From NCBI GenBank assembly GCA_026387965.1, contig JAPLKR010000103.1, positions 529-64,528 of the forward strand: 64,000 nucleotides of DNA. Direction: 5' to 3'. The stretch is from Fusobacteriota bacterium. Lineage in GTDB: Bacteria > Fusobacteriota > Fusobacteriia > JAPLKR01. The notes below the pieces were generated by a model. It saw only the letters and a program-made list of their open reading frames with translations. It searched no databases and was not told the DNA's origin. Positions 38,333 to 47,520 of the stretch are shown piece after piece. The position numbers and the translations under genes were made by a program. Position 1 is the stretch's first letter. Every line of letters begins with the position of its first letter.

Positions 38333-39142
38333 CTATTTTCTTACTTTCTTTTTAAAGAGTTTTGTGAAAAATCCCGCTTGTTTTGAAATATCTAGAAGTG
38401 GTAATTTTTCACCAAGAATTCGTTTAGTAATATTACGGTACGCTTGACCTGCTAAACAATGTGAATCACGAACAAGTGGCTCACCTTTATTGGCAGATAC
38501 AACAATCTCTTGATCTTCAGGAACAATTCCAATTAGTTCTATTTTCAAAAGATCTAGAACATCTTCTATATCAAGCATGTCACCGCGTTTTACCATTTCA
38601 GGTCGAATTCTATTTATGATAAGTTTAATATCCTTTTTGCCTTGAGATTCAAGTAGCCCAATAATTCTATCCGCGTCTCTTACTGCTGATACTTCAGGAT
38701 TGGTAACAATAAGCACATGATCTGCGCCCATCGTAGCTATTTTAAACCCTTGCTCAATTCCAGCTGGACAATCTACAATTATAAAATCAAATGTTTTTCT
38801 AAGTTCAGTTAGAATTTTATCCATTCCATCTTTTGTTAGCGCTTCTTTATCGCGTGTTTGTGCTGCAGGTAACAGCTGAAGATTCTCTCTAAAATGCCTA
38901 TCTTTAATTAATGCATTTTCAAGCTTTGCTCTTCCTTCTACTACATCAATAATATCATATACTATTCTATTTTCGAGTCCCATAATAACATCTAAATTTC
39001 TCAGACCGATATCTGCATCGATAACTGCAACTTTTTTACCAAGCATTGCAAGGCCTGTACTAATATTTGCCGTTGTAGTTGTTTTTCCTACGCCTCCTTT
39101 ACCTGATGTAATGACATAAACTTTCCCATTTTCGTGTGACAT
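38333..39142 (-). CDS. minD: Septum site-determining ATPase MinD.
   Basis: KVYVITSGKGGVGKTTTTANI deviant Walker A. Start at ATG 39142 with RBS AGGAGGAATA. The longer ORF to 39262 overlaps dut. Confidence 0.9.
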   Translation of the reverse strand: MSHENGKVYVITSGKGGVGKTTTTANISTGLAMLGKKVAVIDADIGLRNLDVIMGLENRIVYDIIDVVEGRAKLENALIKDRHFRENLQLLPAAQTRDKEALTKDGMDKILTELRKTFDFIIVDCPAGIEQGFKIATMGADHVLIVTNPEVSAVRDADRIIGLLESQGKKDIKLIINRIRPEMVKRGDMLDIEDVLDLLKIELIGIVPEDQEIVVSANKGEPLVRDSHCLAGQAYRNITKRILGEKLPLLDISKQAGFFTKLFKKKVRK

Positions 39143-39563
39143 TATTCCTCCTAATTTTTCCCTGTATGGCGACAACGTGTACCTGTTGCCACTCAATATT
39201 TTCAATTTTAACGAGTACAAATTGTGCAATTCTTTCCAAAGGCATAATTGTATAACTATCACAACTTAAGTTTGCTACAATGACTTTAATTTCACCTCTA
39301 TAATCACTATCAATCGTGCCTGGGGTATTTAAAAGAGAAATCCCATATTTAATGGCGAGACCACTTCTTGGTCTTACTTGAATTTCATACCCTAGAGGAA
39401 TTTCAACTCTAATTCCCGTTCTGACTAATGTTCTTTCTAATGAATTAAGCACTATCGGTTCAGAAATAAATGCATACACATCCATACCTGAAGATCCAAT
39501 AGTCATCTGTTCTGGAAGCTTTACACCATCTTCACAAATAATTTTAACACACACTTTTTTCAT
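39099..39563 (-). CDS. dut: dUTP diphosphatase (dUTPase).
   Basis: dUTPase motifs GSSGMDVYA, RSGLAIKYGI, GTIDSDYRGEIKVI. 154 aa. Confidence 0.85.
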   Translation of the reverse strand: MKKVCVKIICEDGVKLPEQMTIGSSGMDVYAFISEPIVLNSLERTLVRTGIRVEIPLGYEIQVRPRSGLAIKYGISLLNTPGTIDSDYRGEIKVIVANLSCDSYTIMPLERIAQFVLVKIENIEWQQVHVVAIQGKIRRNNVTRKWESLCHYIR

Positions 39564-40782
39564 TAAACTCTCCTAATAAAACAGTTGAATAGTTACTTGT
39601 TACAAAAATTTTCTTGGCAAGATCTTCAATCTCGCGTCTTGTAACCTCATTTACTTTTTGAACAATTTCAGAAATATCAATAATTTTTCCATATTGTAAA
39701 TAGGATATTGCATTTCTTGACATCTTGTTTTTGTTTGATTCAAGAGCAATAAGACGTTCACTTAAAAATTGATTTTTTGCCTTTTGAAGTTCAAAATCCG
39801 TTATACCTAAAAGAGAAATTTTCTCCATTTCACTTTTAATTAGATCCACAGCTTTTTGGTAATTTTCCGTGGAAGTAGCAGCATAAATTGTAAATACGCC
39901 TCCCTCTTGATAATGCGTTAAATAGGTGTAAATCGTATACGCAAGCCCATGCTCTTCACGAACAGTTTGAAAAAGTCTTGAACTCATATTACCTCCCAAT
40001 ATCGCTGAGATCAAGTGATAATGATAAATCCACTCATCAGAAAGAGATATACCAGAAAGATTAATGCATAAATGTACCTGGCTGCTATTTTGAATAATTT
40101 TTTTATCTATTATATTATACACAAATGGGCTGTTTTGTTCAACTTTTTTACTAATAATAATATTCTTAAAATTTTCCTCTAAGTTTTCAATAATGTCTTT
40201 CTCAGTAAAATTACCACTCACTGATATAACCATGTTATTCACTGTGTAATTATCTTTAATAAAATCAATAATTTGATTTCTTTTAATTTTTTTAACACTC
40301 TCTATGGTCCCTAAAATATTATGAGCAACGGCACTTCCTTTTAGAACTAGTTCACAGTTCAAATCATGCAAATGCTCTTCTGGAATATCCTCATACATTT
40401 TAATCTCTTCTAAAATAACAAGTTTTTCTTTTTCTAACTCTTCTTCATCAAATTTTGATTGCAATATCATATCGGTAAGAATATCAAGGCCCTTAATAGC
40501 GTGTTCAGGAAGTAACGTCATATAATAGGACGTTATTTCTTTATCTGTATAGGCATTCATATTTGCGCCAATAAAATCTGCTCCTTCTGATATCTCTCTC
40601 GCACTACGTTTATGAGTTCCTTTAAACCTCATATGTTCAATAAGATGAGCCATTCCCTCAATTTCAGTTGGTTCATCTTTAGATCCACAGCGAATATAAT
40701 ACCCAATGGAGAGCGAAGTACTTAGTGGGTTATAATCTAAAACAACTGGTATATTGCACGTTAACATCTCAATTTTTTTCAT
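39544..40782 (-). CDS. M16-family zinc metallopeptidase (pitrilysin/insulinase-like).
   Basis: Inverted zincin motif HLIEHMRFKGT (HxxEH). Confidence 0.8.
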   Translation of the reverse strand: MKKIEMLTCNIPVVLDYNPLSTSLSIGYYIRCGSKDEPTEIEGMAHLIEHMRFKGTHKRSAREISEGADFIGANMNAYTDKEITSYYMTLLPEHAIKGLDILTDMILQSKFDEEELEKEKLVILEEIKMYEDIPEEHLHDLNCELVLKGSAVAHNILGTIESVKKIKRNQIIDFIKDNYTVNNMVISVSGNFTEKDIIENLEENFKNIIISKKVEQNSPFVYNIIDKKIIQNSSQVHLCINLSGISLSDEWIYHYHLISAILGGNMSSRLFQTVREEHGLAYTIYTYLTHYQEGGVFTIYAATSTENYQKAVDLIKSEMEKISLLGITDFELQKAKNQFLSERLIALESNKNKMSRNAISYLQYGKIIDISEIVQKVNEVTRREIEDLAKKIFVTSNYSTVLLGEFNEKSVC

Positions 40783-40791
40783 AAATTCTCC

Positions 40792-41859
40792 TTAATGTTC
40801 AGCTTTTGCCATAAAGTATATTCCAATAATCAACGCTATAATTTTAGGACATAACACCAAAATTATTGTTGGTAAGCGAGGGTTTCCTGCAAGTGTAATA
40901 AAAATTGAATTTATAATAAAAAATCCATATCCAATAACCACCGCAAGTGCAATACTTACTGCTGCACCTCCTCTTACATAACGACTTCCTAAGGCAAATC
41001 CTAAAAAGCATGTAAAAAAGCTCATAAAAGGAAAAGCGAATACTTCATAAAAAGTGGCTAAAAGTTCGGTCTTTTGTTTTAACGTAAAGTTATAACTTCC
41101 AATGATTTTATAAAGTTCCCATGGTGTAGTACTCTCAGGGGTAACAGTTCTCTGTATGTCCTCTTTAAATTGAATATTTATAAAATCCGCAGAATATAAG
41201 GAAATTGTTTTAATGGTTCCCTTTTGTATATCATTTACGGTCACGTCATGAAGTGTCCATACACCACTTCTTTGCTCTCCACTTCGAGCAGTAAAGATCA
41301 TCATAACTTTCGAAAAATCAGGGGAAACCTCGACAACTTCCATATTTGTAAACGTTTTTAAAATAACATTAGCCTGCTGGAAATAATAATAGAAATTTCC
41401 TGACTTCATATATGAATTATTTAAAATTGGACTTTCTTTAATCTCGCCATTAGATCGGTGCTGTAAATTATTTGAAAAATACGTCAATTTAGGTGCCCAT
41501 TCTGTATTCACATAAAGTAAAAAACAAGACAAAATAAACGTGACGATTATGGGGTATATCATAATTCTTTTTAAACTTATTCCACTCGTTTTGAGAGCAA
41601 TTATTTCCAAACTGCTAGCCATTTTATTGGTAAACATCAAACACCCAATGAGAACGCCTACTGGCGCAACCATAACAATATGAGAGGGTAAAAGTTCTAA
41701 AATAGAGATCATACCAGCATTTATAGAATAATCGCCTTGTAAAACAGGACTTATCACTCTAAAAAAATCTGAAAGAAAATAAAATAGAGTAAATGCAGCT
41801 ATTCCAATTGTAATGGATTTGATATAATTTATGGTTACGTAGCGATCTAACTTTTTCAT
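40792..41859 (-). CDS. lptG: LPS export permease, LptF/LptG (YjgP/YjgQ) family.
   Basis: 355 aa. N-terminal TM cluster, periplasmic beta-jellyroll insert, C-terminal TM pair. Paired with a second copy. Confidence 0.7.
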   Translation of the reverse strand: MKKLDRYVTINYIKSITIGIAAFTLFYFLSDFFRVISPVLQGDYSINAGMISILELLPSHIVMVAPVGVLIGCLMFTNKMASSLEIIALKTSGISLKRIMIYPIIVTFILSCFLLYVNTEWAPKLTYFSNNLQHRSNGEIKESPILNNSYMKSGNFYYYFQQANVILKTFTNMEVVEVSPDFSKVMMIFTARSGEQRSGVWTLHDVTVNDIQKGTIKTISLYSADFINIQFKEDIQRTVTPESTTPWELYKIIGSYNFTLKQKTELLATFYEVFAFPFMSFFTCFLGFALGSRYVRGGAAVSIALAVVIGYGFFIINSIFITLAGNPRLPTIILVLCPKIIALIIGIYFMAKAEH

Positions 41860-41867
41860 ATATATTC

Positions 41868-42965
41868 CTATCGTGTTTTTTTCTGTTTAATAAATAAAAA
41901 TATTGAAAATATGATGAGAACAATATTAGGATACCACATCCCAAAAAATGGTGTAACCGCACGATTGAGTGCTAACATTGTGCCAACTTGCATCATGGCA
42001 AGATATATAAATATTAAAATCAAACTAAATCCAAAACTAATGCCTTTACCAGAACGTCTATTTTTTATAGACAAAAGGGTCCCTAAAAAAATTAAGATTA
42101 TTGGCGAAAAGGACATAGCTAAATACTGTTGCAACATAATCTGATCAGGAATAGAATCCCCATGTCCCTCTCGTGTTGTTTTAATTCTTTCAAGTAGCTC
42201 ACCTAAAGAATAATAGGCATTATTATCGACACTTGAAGAATTTAAATTAGCTGTAAAACTTCCCAGTGGAATAACTTGTGAAGAAAAGGTTCCAGTAATA
42301 TTGGCTTTCCCCGTATTATCCATACTATAAATCATCCCATTACTCAGGGCAATTTCACCACTGCTCATTTTCATATTTTGAGCTACAGTAACCATAGGAA
42401 ACACACCGTTAATATTTTGAAAATAGATCACATTTGTCGCAGTATTAGTCGATTTGTTCAGATTCTCAACATATAGACTAAAGCCCGGAATATCTTGCAA
42501 AAATTGGCCTGGAATTATTAACATTGTGGGCCTGGAAAATAGCATTTGCTTAACAACATTTTCCATTTTTGTTCTCGTGTCAGGCACAACATACTGCAAA
42601 ATAAATAGAACAAAAAAACATATAAGTACGCCAATAATAATGGCGGTACGTGTAAGTCTTCTCACGCTCACTCCAGCAGCTTCAAAAGCTGTAATTTCGC
42701 TATTTGCCGATAGACTTCCAAAAGCAATCATAGTCCCCATTAATACACCCATTGGAATAGTAAAAATAAGTGTTGAAGGAAGCATGTATGCAAGAAGTTT
42801 TATAATAAGAATTGGATTAATTTGTTTTTGTACCAAATTATTCATTTCATTGACTAACTGTTCAATAAGAAAAAGACATGCAAAAATTCCTACTCCAAAG
42901 ATAAGTGGAGGCATCATAGTCTGAATAATGTATCTATCTAATATTTTAAGCTTAATACTTCGCAC
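41868..42965 (-). CDS. lptF: LPS export permease, LptF/LptG (YjgP/YjgQ) family.
   Basis: MRSIKLKILDRYIIQTMMPPLIFGVGIF... is a typical LptF/G start (LDRYI...). 365 aa. Confidence 0.7.
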   Translation of the reverse strand: MRSIKLKILDRYIIQTMMPPLIFGVGIFACLFLIEQLVNEMNNLVQKQINPILIIKLLAYMLPSTLIFTIPMGVLMGTMIAFGSLSANSEITAFEAAGVSVRRLTRTAIIIGVLICFFVLFILQYVVPDTRTKMENVVKQMLFSRPTMLIIPGQFLQDIPGFSLYVENLNKSTNTATNVIYFQNINGVFPMVTVAQNMKMSSGEIALSNGMIYSMDNTGKANITGTFSSQVIPLGSFTANLNSSSVDNNAYYSLGELLERIKTTREGHGDSIPDQIMLQQYLAMSFSPIILIFLGTLLSIKNRRSGKGISFGFSLILIFIYLAMMQVGTMLALNRAVTPFFGMWYPNIVLIIFSIFLFIKQKKTR

Positions 42966-42973
42966 ATCTCCCC

Positions 42974-43543
42974 CTACTCATTTGTTGTTGTGATATTATT
43001 ATACATCTTTTCAAGTCCATTAATCAAACCATTCAAAGCAATCTGATTTCTATATTGACTTACATTTGCTGCTATAGATTTTGGCAAAAATTTACTTGTG
43101 ATTACAACTCTTGGAAGTAATACTTTTACATAGAAACTATTTTGAGTAAGTTTTTGACAAGAATTATTTGATGTGGATAGCGCCATTAATACAAGTATGA
43201 TAAATACAACTAGTAGTGCCCCTTTTATTAGTCCTAGAACACCTCCTAAGACCCTATCTAACCAACCAAGCAAAGCAATTTTAATAATTACTCTCAAAAA
43301 CTTCGCACAGAGTGCGAGTAAAAAATATAAAATTAAAAAAATAACCACATACAACAGTACTGTTAATGTTGTGTGTGAACTCTCAATATGAACAAATTTT
43401 ATCACATGAGGTGTTAAATACTTTGAAAGTAGTACCGCAATTAAAAAACCAAAAATGGAGAAAAATTCAGCAATAAAGCCACGAAAAAATCCTATTGCTG
43501 CAAAGAGTATGATAATCAGTGTTAATATTAAATCTAAACTCAT
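42974..43543 (-). CDS. cvpA: CvpA-family membrane protein (colicin V production protein homolog).
   Basis: MSLDLILTLIIILFAAIGFFRGFIAEFFSIFGFLIAVLLS is a CvpA N-terminus. Confidence 0.6.
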   Translation of the reverse strand: MSLDLILTLIIILFAAIGFFRGFIAEFFSIFGFLIAVLLSKYLTPHVIKFVHIESSHTTLTVLLYVVIFLILYFLLALCAKFLRVIIKIALLGWLDRVLGGVLGLIKGALLVVFIILVLMALSTSNNSCQKLTQNSFYVKVLLPRVVITSKFLPKSIAANVSQYRNQIALNGLINGLEKMYNNITTTNE

Positions 43544-43555
43544 TTTCCCTCCATT

Positions 43556-44713
43556 TTAAAAATTATTGTAAACTGAATTTTGAAGAAGTGTCACTTTACA
43601 CACAAGTTCTTCGTCTTTAAAATATAATTTTGTTATTCTTGGATTAATACTCGTTAGTATTTCCCAAGGTATTGTACCACAGACATCGGCCATTTTATAA
43701 ATAGAAATATTTTCGCCAAGCAATATAACGTCTTTGTGAAGCGGTTTTCGAATATTTGAAGCATTTATCATCAAATTATCCATACATATTCTTCCAACGA
43801 TAGAACACTTCTGCCCCGTCACTTCTACATCCCAATTATTACTCAGGTTTCGAAAAAGTCCATCTGCATACCCTATTGGAACCGTTGCAATAATTTCGCC
43901 ACTTTTTGCTGTATAACTACGTCCATAGCTTATATCTAGAGATGCCTCAATCTTTTTCACAAAAAGTATTTTACTTTTAAAAGTCATAATTTGCTTTAGC
44001 TTTATCGTATCAAAGTTACATGGATACACACCGTAGAGAATCAAACCAGGTCTTACCATATTCTCATATTTGCTTAACTTAGGAAATCTGAGTATTCCGG
44101 CACTATTTAAAATATGAATATATTCTATAGAATATTTTTCTAAAACTTTTTGTACTATTAAATCAAAATCTGAGATTTGTTTTTGAGTGTACTCGTGGCT
44201 CTGCAATGAGTCCCCATCTGCATCAGAAAGATGTGTATACAGGCCACAAATTTCTGCAACTTTCAACCTTTTTATAATACGAATCGCCCTTATCGTTTCC
44301 AAGGGTTTAAAACCAATTCTACCCATTCCTGTATCAACTTTAATATGTATTTTCAAAGGATTTTTTCTAAAAAAAAATCTCTTTTCATACAAAAACTTAA
44401 TTTCTTCTGGGCTTGATATGGTAATTTGAATGTTTTTTAGTGCAATCTCTTCAAATTCTTCAAGTGGTACACTTGATAAAATTAAAATGGTTGACTTTAT
44501 ACCCTCTTCACGCAGTAAAAATGCCTCTTCACTCGTTGCAACTCCAAAATACTCTATCCCTAAATTAGATAAATGTTTAGCTATAGCAAATGCTCCATGT
44601 CCATAAGCATTTGCCTTAATAATTGCCATTATTTTTTTATTTAACACTTGATTTTGAATTTGTATAACATTATGTGTTAACCTATCAAGATTGACATCAA
44701 TCCAAGCGCGCAT
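43556..44713 (-). CDS. alr: Alanine racemase.
   Basis: ...IMAIIKANAYGHG PLP-lysine motif. 385 aa. Confidence 0.85.
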   Translation of the reverse strand: MRAWIDVNLDRLTHNVIQIQNQVLNKKIMAIIKANAYGHGAFAIAKHLSNLGIEYFGVATSEEAFLLREEGIKSTILILSSVPLEEFEEIALKNIQITISSPEEIKFLYEKRFFFRKNPLKIHIKVDTGMGRIGFKPLETIRAIRIIKRLKVAEICGLYTHLSDADGDSLQSHEYTQKQISDFDLIVQKVLEKYSIEYIHILNSAGILRFPKLSKYENMVRPGLILYGVYPCNFDTIKLKQIMTFKSKILFVKKIEASLDISYGRSYTAKSGEIIATVPIGYADGLFRNLSNNWDVEVTGQKCSIVGRICMDNLMINASNIRKPLHKDVILLGENISIYKMADVCGTIPWEILTSINPRITKLYFKDEELVCKVTLLQNSVYNNF

Positions 44714-44722
44714 ACACAACTC

Positions 44723-44929
44723 CTATTTTAAATTAAACATTACTGAGCTTTTTACTTCCCAAGTTTTAAGCTGCCCTTCTCTAAAAAGCCATCCTAAACC
44801 CAATAAAAACTCATCTCTCGTTAGTCCGCTCTCTTTTAATAAATTTGAAAAACTAATTTCTCCTTTATCATTTAAAATATTCCAAATAATTCCTGCCGTT
44901 TTTCCTATTGCATCCGTTGAATATTTCAT
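44723..44929 (-). CDS. Small winged-helix protein (DUF2582-like).
   Basis: IGKTAGIIWNILNDKGEISFSNLLKESGLTRDEFLLGLGWLFREGQL matches the DUF2582 wHTH pattern. Confidence 0.5.
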   Translation of the reverse strand: MKYSTDAIGKTAGIIWNILNDKGEISFSNLLKESGLTRDEFLLGLGWLFREGQLKTWEVKSSVMFNLK

Positions 44930-45858
44930 TATACTATTCCCCCCTCAGAAACCTCTATTTTAATTTTTTGTTTTTTTGTTTTTCCTTTTTTTCTTTTTCT
45001 CTCTTCAATTAAGAATACGATCGGACTTGCTACAAATATTGATGAGTAGGTTCCAGAAATAATTCCTATAAGTAGAGTAAGTAAGAATGTGTGAAGTGTA
45101 AGTCCTCCAAAAACAAGCATTGCTAGAATTGCTAGGCACGTTGTAACTGAAGAATTGATAGAACGTGTAAACGTTTGAGAAATACTACTATCAATAATAT
45201 TTTCCAATGTATCTTTATTGAACAGTTTGCGTCTATTTTCTCTAATTCTATCAAATATTACAATGGTATCGTTAATGGAATACCCTAAAATAGTTAATAT
45301 AGCGGCAATAAATGTCGAATCAATTTGCCAACCAATCAAAGATATAATCCCAGCGGCCATCACAATATCGTGAATAAGAGAAATAATTGCCCCCATCGCA
45401 AAACTAAATTCAAAACGAATGGTAATATATAGCACTATTGCGATACATCCAACAATAACTGCAAGTATTCCACTTTTGACAAGCTGAGAGCTAATAGAAG
45501 GTCCGATAAGCTCATATGACTGTAGTTGTGCATTAGGAAATTGCTCTGAAATTGCAGTCACAACACTCTCTTTTTCACTTTCAGCAAGTGGAGCTGTTCG
45601 AATATTCATAGTATTATTACCACTTGATTGAACAATACCCTCTTTTAAATTTGGAAATTGGGATGCTAACGTTGACATTTCTGACTGAACTGCTGTTACT
45701 GTTGTTCCTTGTTGAAATTGAAACTGAAATAAACTACCCCCTGTAAAATCAATTCCAAGGTTAAATCCTTTGAAAACAATAATACAAAGAAAGAAAATAA
45801 ATGTTATTGCTTCAATTGAAAGAAATATTTTACTATTTTTAATATATCTCAGTTGCAT
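44929..45858 (-). CDS. secF: Protein translocase subunit SecF.
   Basis: ...GIDFTGGS... and C-terminal TM bundle. Adjacent to secD. Confidence 0.85.
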   Translation of the reverse strand: MQLRYIKNSKIFLSIEAITFIFFLCIIVFKGFNLGIDFTGGSLFQFQFQQGTTVTAVQSEMSTLASQFPNLKEGIVQSSGNNTMNIRTAPLAESEKESVVTAISEQFPNAQLQSYELIGPSISSQLVKSGILAVIVGCIAIVLYITIRFEFSFAMGAIISLIHDIVMAAGIISLIGWQIDSTFIAAILTILGYSINDTIVIFDRIRENRRKLFNKDTLENIIDSSISQTFTRSINSSVTTCLAILAMLVFGGLTLHTFLLTLLIGIISGTYSSIFVASPIVFLIEERKRKKGKTKKQKIKIEVSEGGIV

Positions 45859-47088
45859 CTATTTTACCTCCTTTGGTTTGACACCAAATAGTTTTGTCGA
45901 TTTTATTTTAAAGAAAATTACAAACTCACTTAAAATAATATTTGAAGCCCAAACATTTGTAAACAGACTTGCAATAAGTCCGATAAGTAGTGTTACTGCA
46001 AATCCTTTGATCTCACCTGTTCCAAGCCAAATTAGAATCAAAGAAATTATTATACCTGTCATGTGCGCATCAATAATTGTAACCATTGTTTTGCTAGTTC
46101 CTTGCTCTACAGATTTTAACACACTATTGCCATTTCGCATCTCTTCTTTAATTCTTTCAAAAATAATAACATTCGCATCTACTGCTATACCAAGTGTTAG
46201 AATAAATGCTGCAATTCCTGGAAGTGTAAAAGTTACTCCAAAAAATTGCATTCCTGCAAATGTAATAAATCCAAAAATAATGAGTGAAACAATTGCCATC
46301 AACCCTGGAACTCTATACCAAATAAACATGAAAATACCGATTAGTACAAGTGCAAGTATTCCAGCATGGAAACTTTTTAGTATGGATATCGCTCCAAGTG
46401 TTGGCCCAACCTGACTCATGCTAAGTACTGTAACATTTAATGGAAGTGCCCCTGCATTAATCATATTAGCCACTTCAACAGTTTGTTTTGTCGTAAACTG
46501 GCCTTGAATAATAGCTTGACCATTTAATATTGGAGTTTCTAAAACAGGACTTGATTCAACTTGACCATTTAGAAGTATTGCAAGTTGTTTCCCTACATTT
46601 TGACTAGTGATTTGGGCAAATTTTTGTGTTCCAGTTGATGTAAATGTAATATTTACTCCTGGCAGACCTTTCGAATCATATCCCGGAGCTGCAACTTTTA
46701 CATCGCTTCCTGTCATAAGTGTTGGCCCTAGTGCCCCATCACTTTGAACTATTTTAAATTCTAAAACGTTCATTGAACCTAAAATTTTCATGGCTTCATT
46801 CGCATCGGTTGCACCTGGAAGTTGAACGATAATTTTGTCATTCCCACTCTTTTCAATGGTAGACTCGGATACCCCAAGTCCATTAATTCGTTTATTTAAT
46901 CCATCAATAAGTGCCGACATAGATTGTGGATTGACCTGTGCTTGAGCCGTTGGCTGAGCTTGCAATGTCGCAGAAACTCCCCCTTTCAAATCTAACCCCA
47001 ACTTAACTGGTATCATGAAAGTGCAGTATAATGCCGCTAAAAGCACTACTATAATAATGCCAAGTTTGATGAGTAATTCTTTTTTCAT
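45859..47088 (-). CDS. secD: Protein translocase subunit SecD.
   Basis: ...LGLDLKGG... periplasmic domain and six TM segments. 409 aa. Confidence 0.85.
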   Translation of the reverse strand: MKKELLIKLGIIIVVLLAALYCTFMIPVKLGLDLKGGVSATLQAQPTAQAQVNPQSMSALIDGLNKRINGLGVSESTIEKSGNDKIIVQLPGATDANEAMKILGSMNVLEFKIVQSDGALGPTLMTGSDVKVAAPGYDSKGLPGVNITFTSTGTQKFAQITSQNVGKQLAILLNGQVESSPVLETPILNGQAIIQGQFTTKQTVEVANMINAGALPLNVTVLSMSQVGPTLGAISILKSFHAGILALVLIGIFMFIWYRVPGLMAIVSLIIFGFITFAGMQFFGVTFTLPGIAAFILTLGIAVDANVIIFERIKEEMRNGNSVLKSVEQGTSKTMVTIIDAHMTGIIISLILIWLGTGEIKGFAVTLLIGLIASLFTNVWASNIILSEFVIFFKIKSTKLFGVKPKEVK

Positions 47089-47520
47089 TTATTTTTTCCC
47101 CTCCATTAATTTATTTTTTAAGTGCGTTTCAAGAATAATGGCAGCAGCCACTTTATCAACGACATTCTTATGATTTTTACGTCTTTCATTTCCAATCGTA
47201 TATAAAAGTTCATGGGCTTCTACCGTTGAAAGGCGCTCATCAACAAAAATAATTTTAACTCTGTGTTCTAGTTTATTATAAAGTTTTTTAGCAAAAAGCT
47301 CGACTTTTTCAGTTTGAAGTGTTTTCTCACCGTCCATGCCATAGGGAATTCCAACAATAATTTCTTTAATTTCATATTCGCCCACTAACTCTCTAATCCT
47401 ATCTAGAGCTTTAATTTTCTTTCTGTCAATTACTTCTAAAGGCTTTGAAATGATTTGCATCGGGTCGCTAATTGCCACACCAATTCTCACATCTCCAACA
47501 TCTAAGGATAAAAGTCTCAT
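47089..47520 (-). CDS. ruvX: Holliday-junction resolvase-like pre-16S rRNA nuclease YqgF/RuvX.
   Basis: MRLLSLDVGDVRIGVAISD... is the YqgF start. 143 aa. Confidence 0.85.
   Translation of the reverse strand: MRLLSLDVGDVRIGVAISDPMQIISKPLEVIDRKKIKALDRIRELVGEYEIKEIIVGIPYGMDGEKTLQTEKVELFAKKLYNKLEHRVKIIFVDERLSTVEAHELLYTIGNERRKNHKNVVDKVAAAIILETHLKNKLMEGKK

Noticed and set aside
39099-39563. Expected MinC upstream of minD.
   Set aside because: The ORF carries all dUTPase motifs (GSSGMDVYA, GTIDSDYRGEIKVI). It is dut, not minC.
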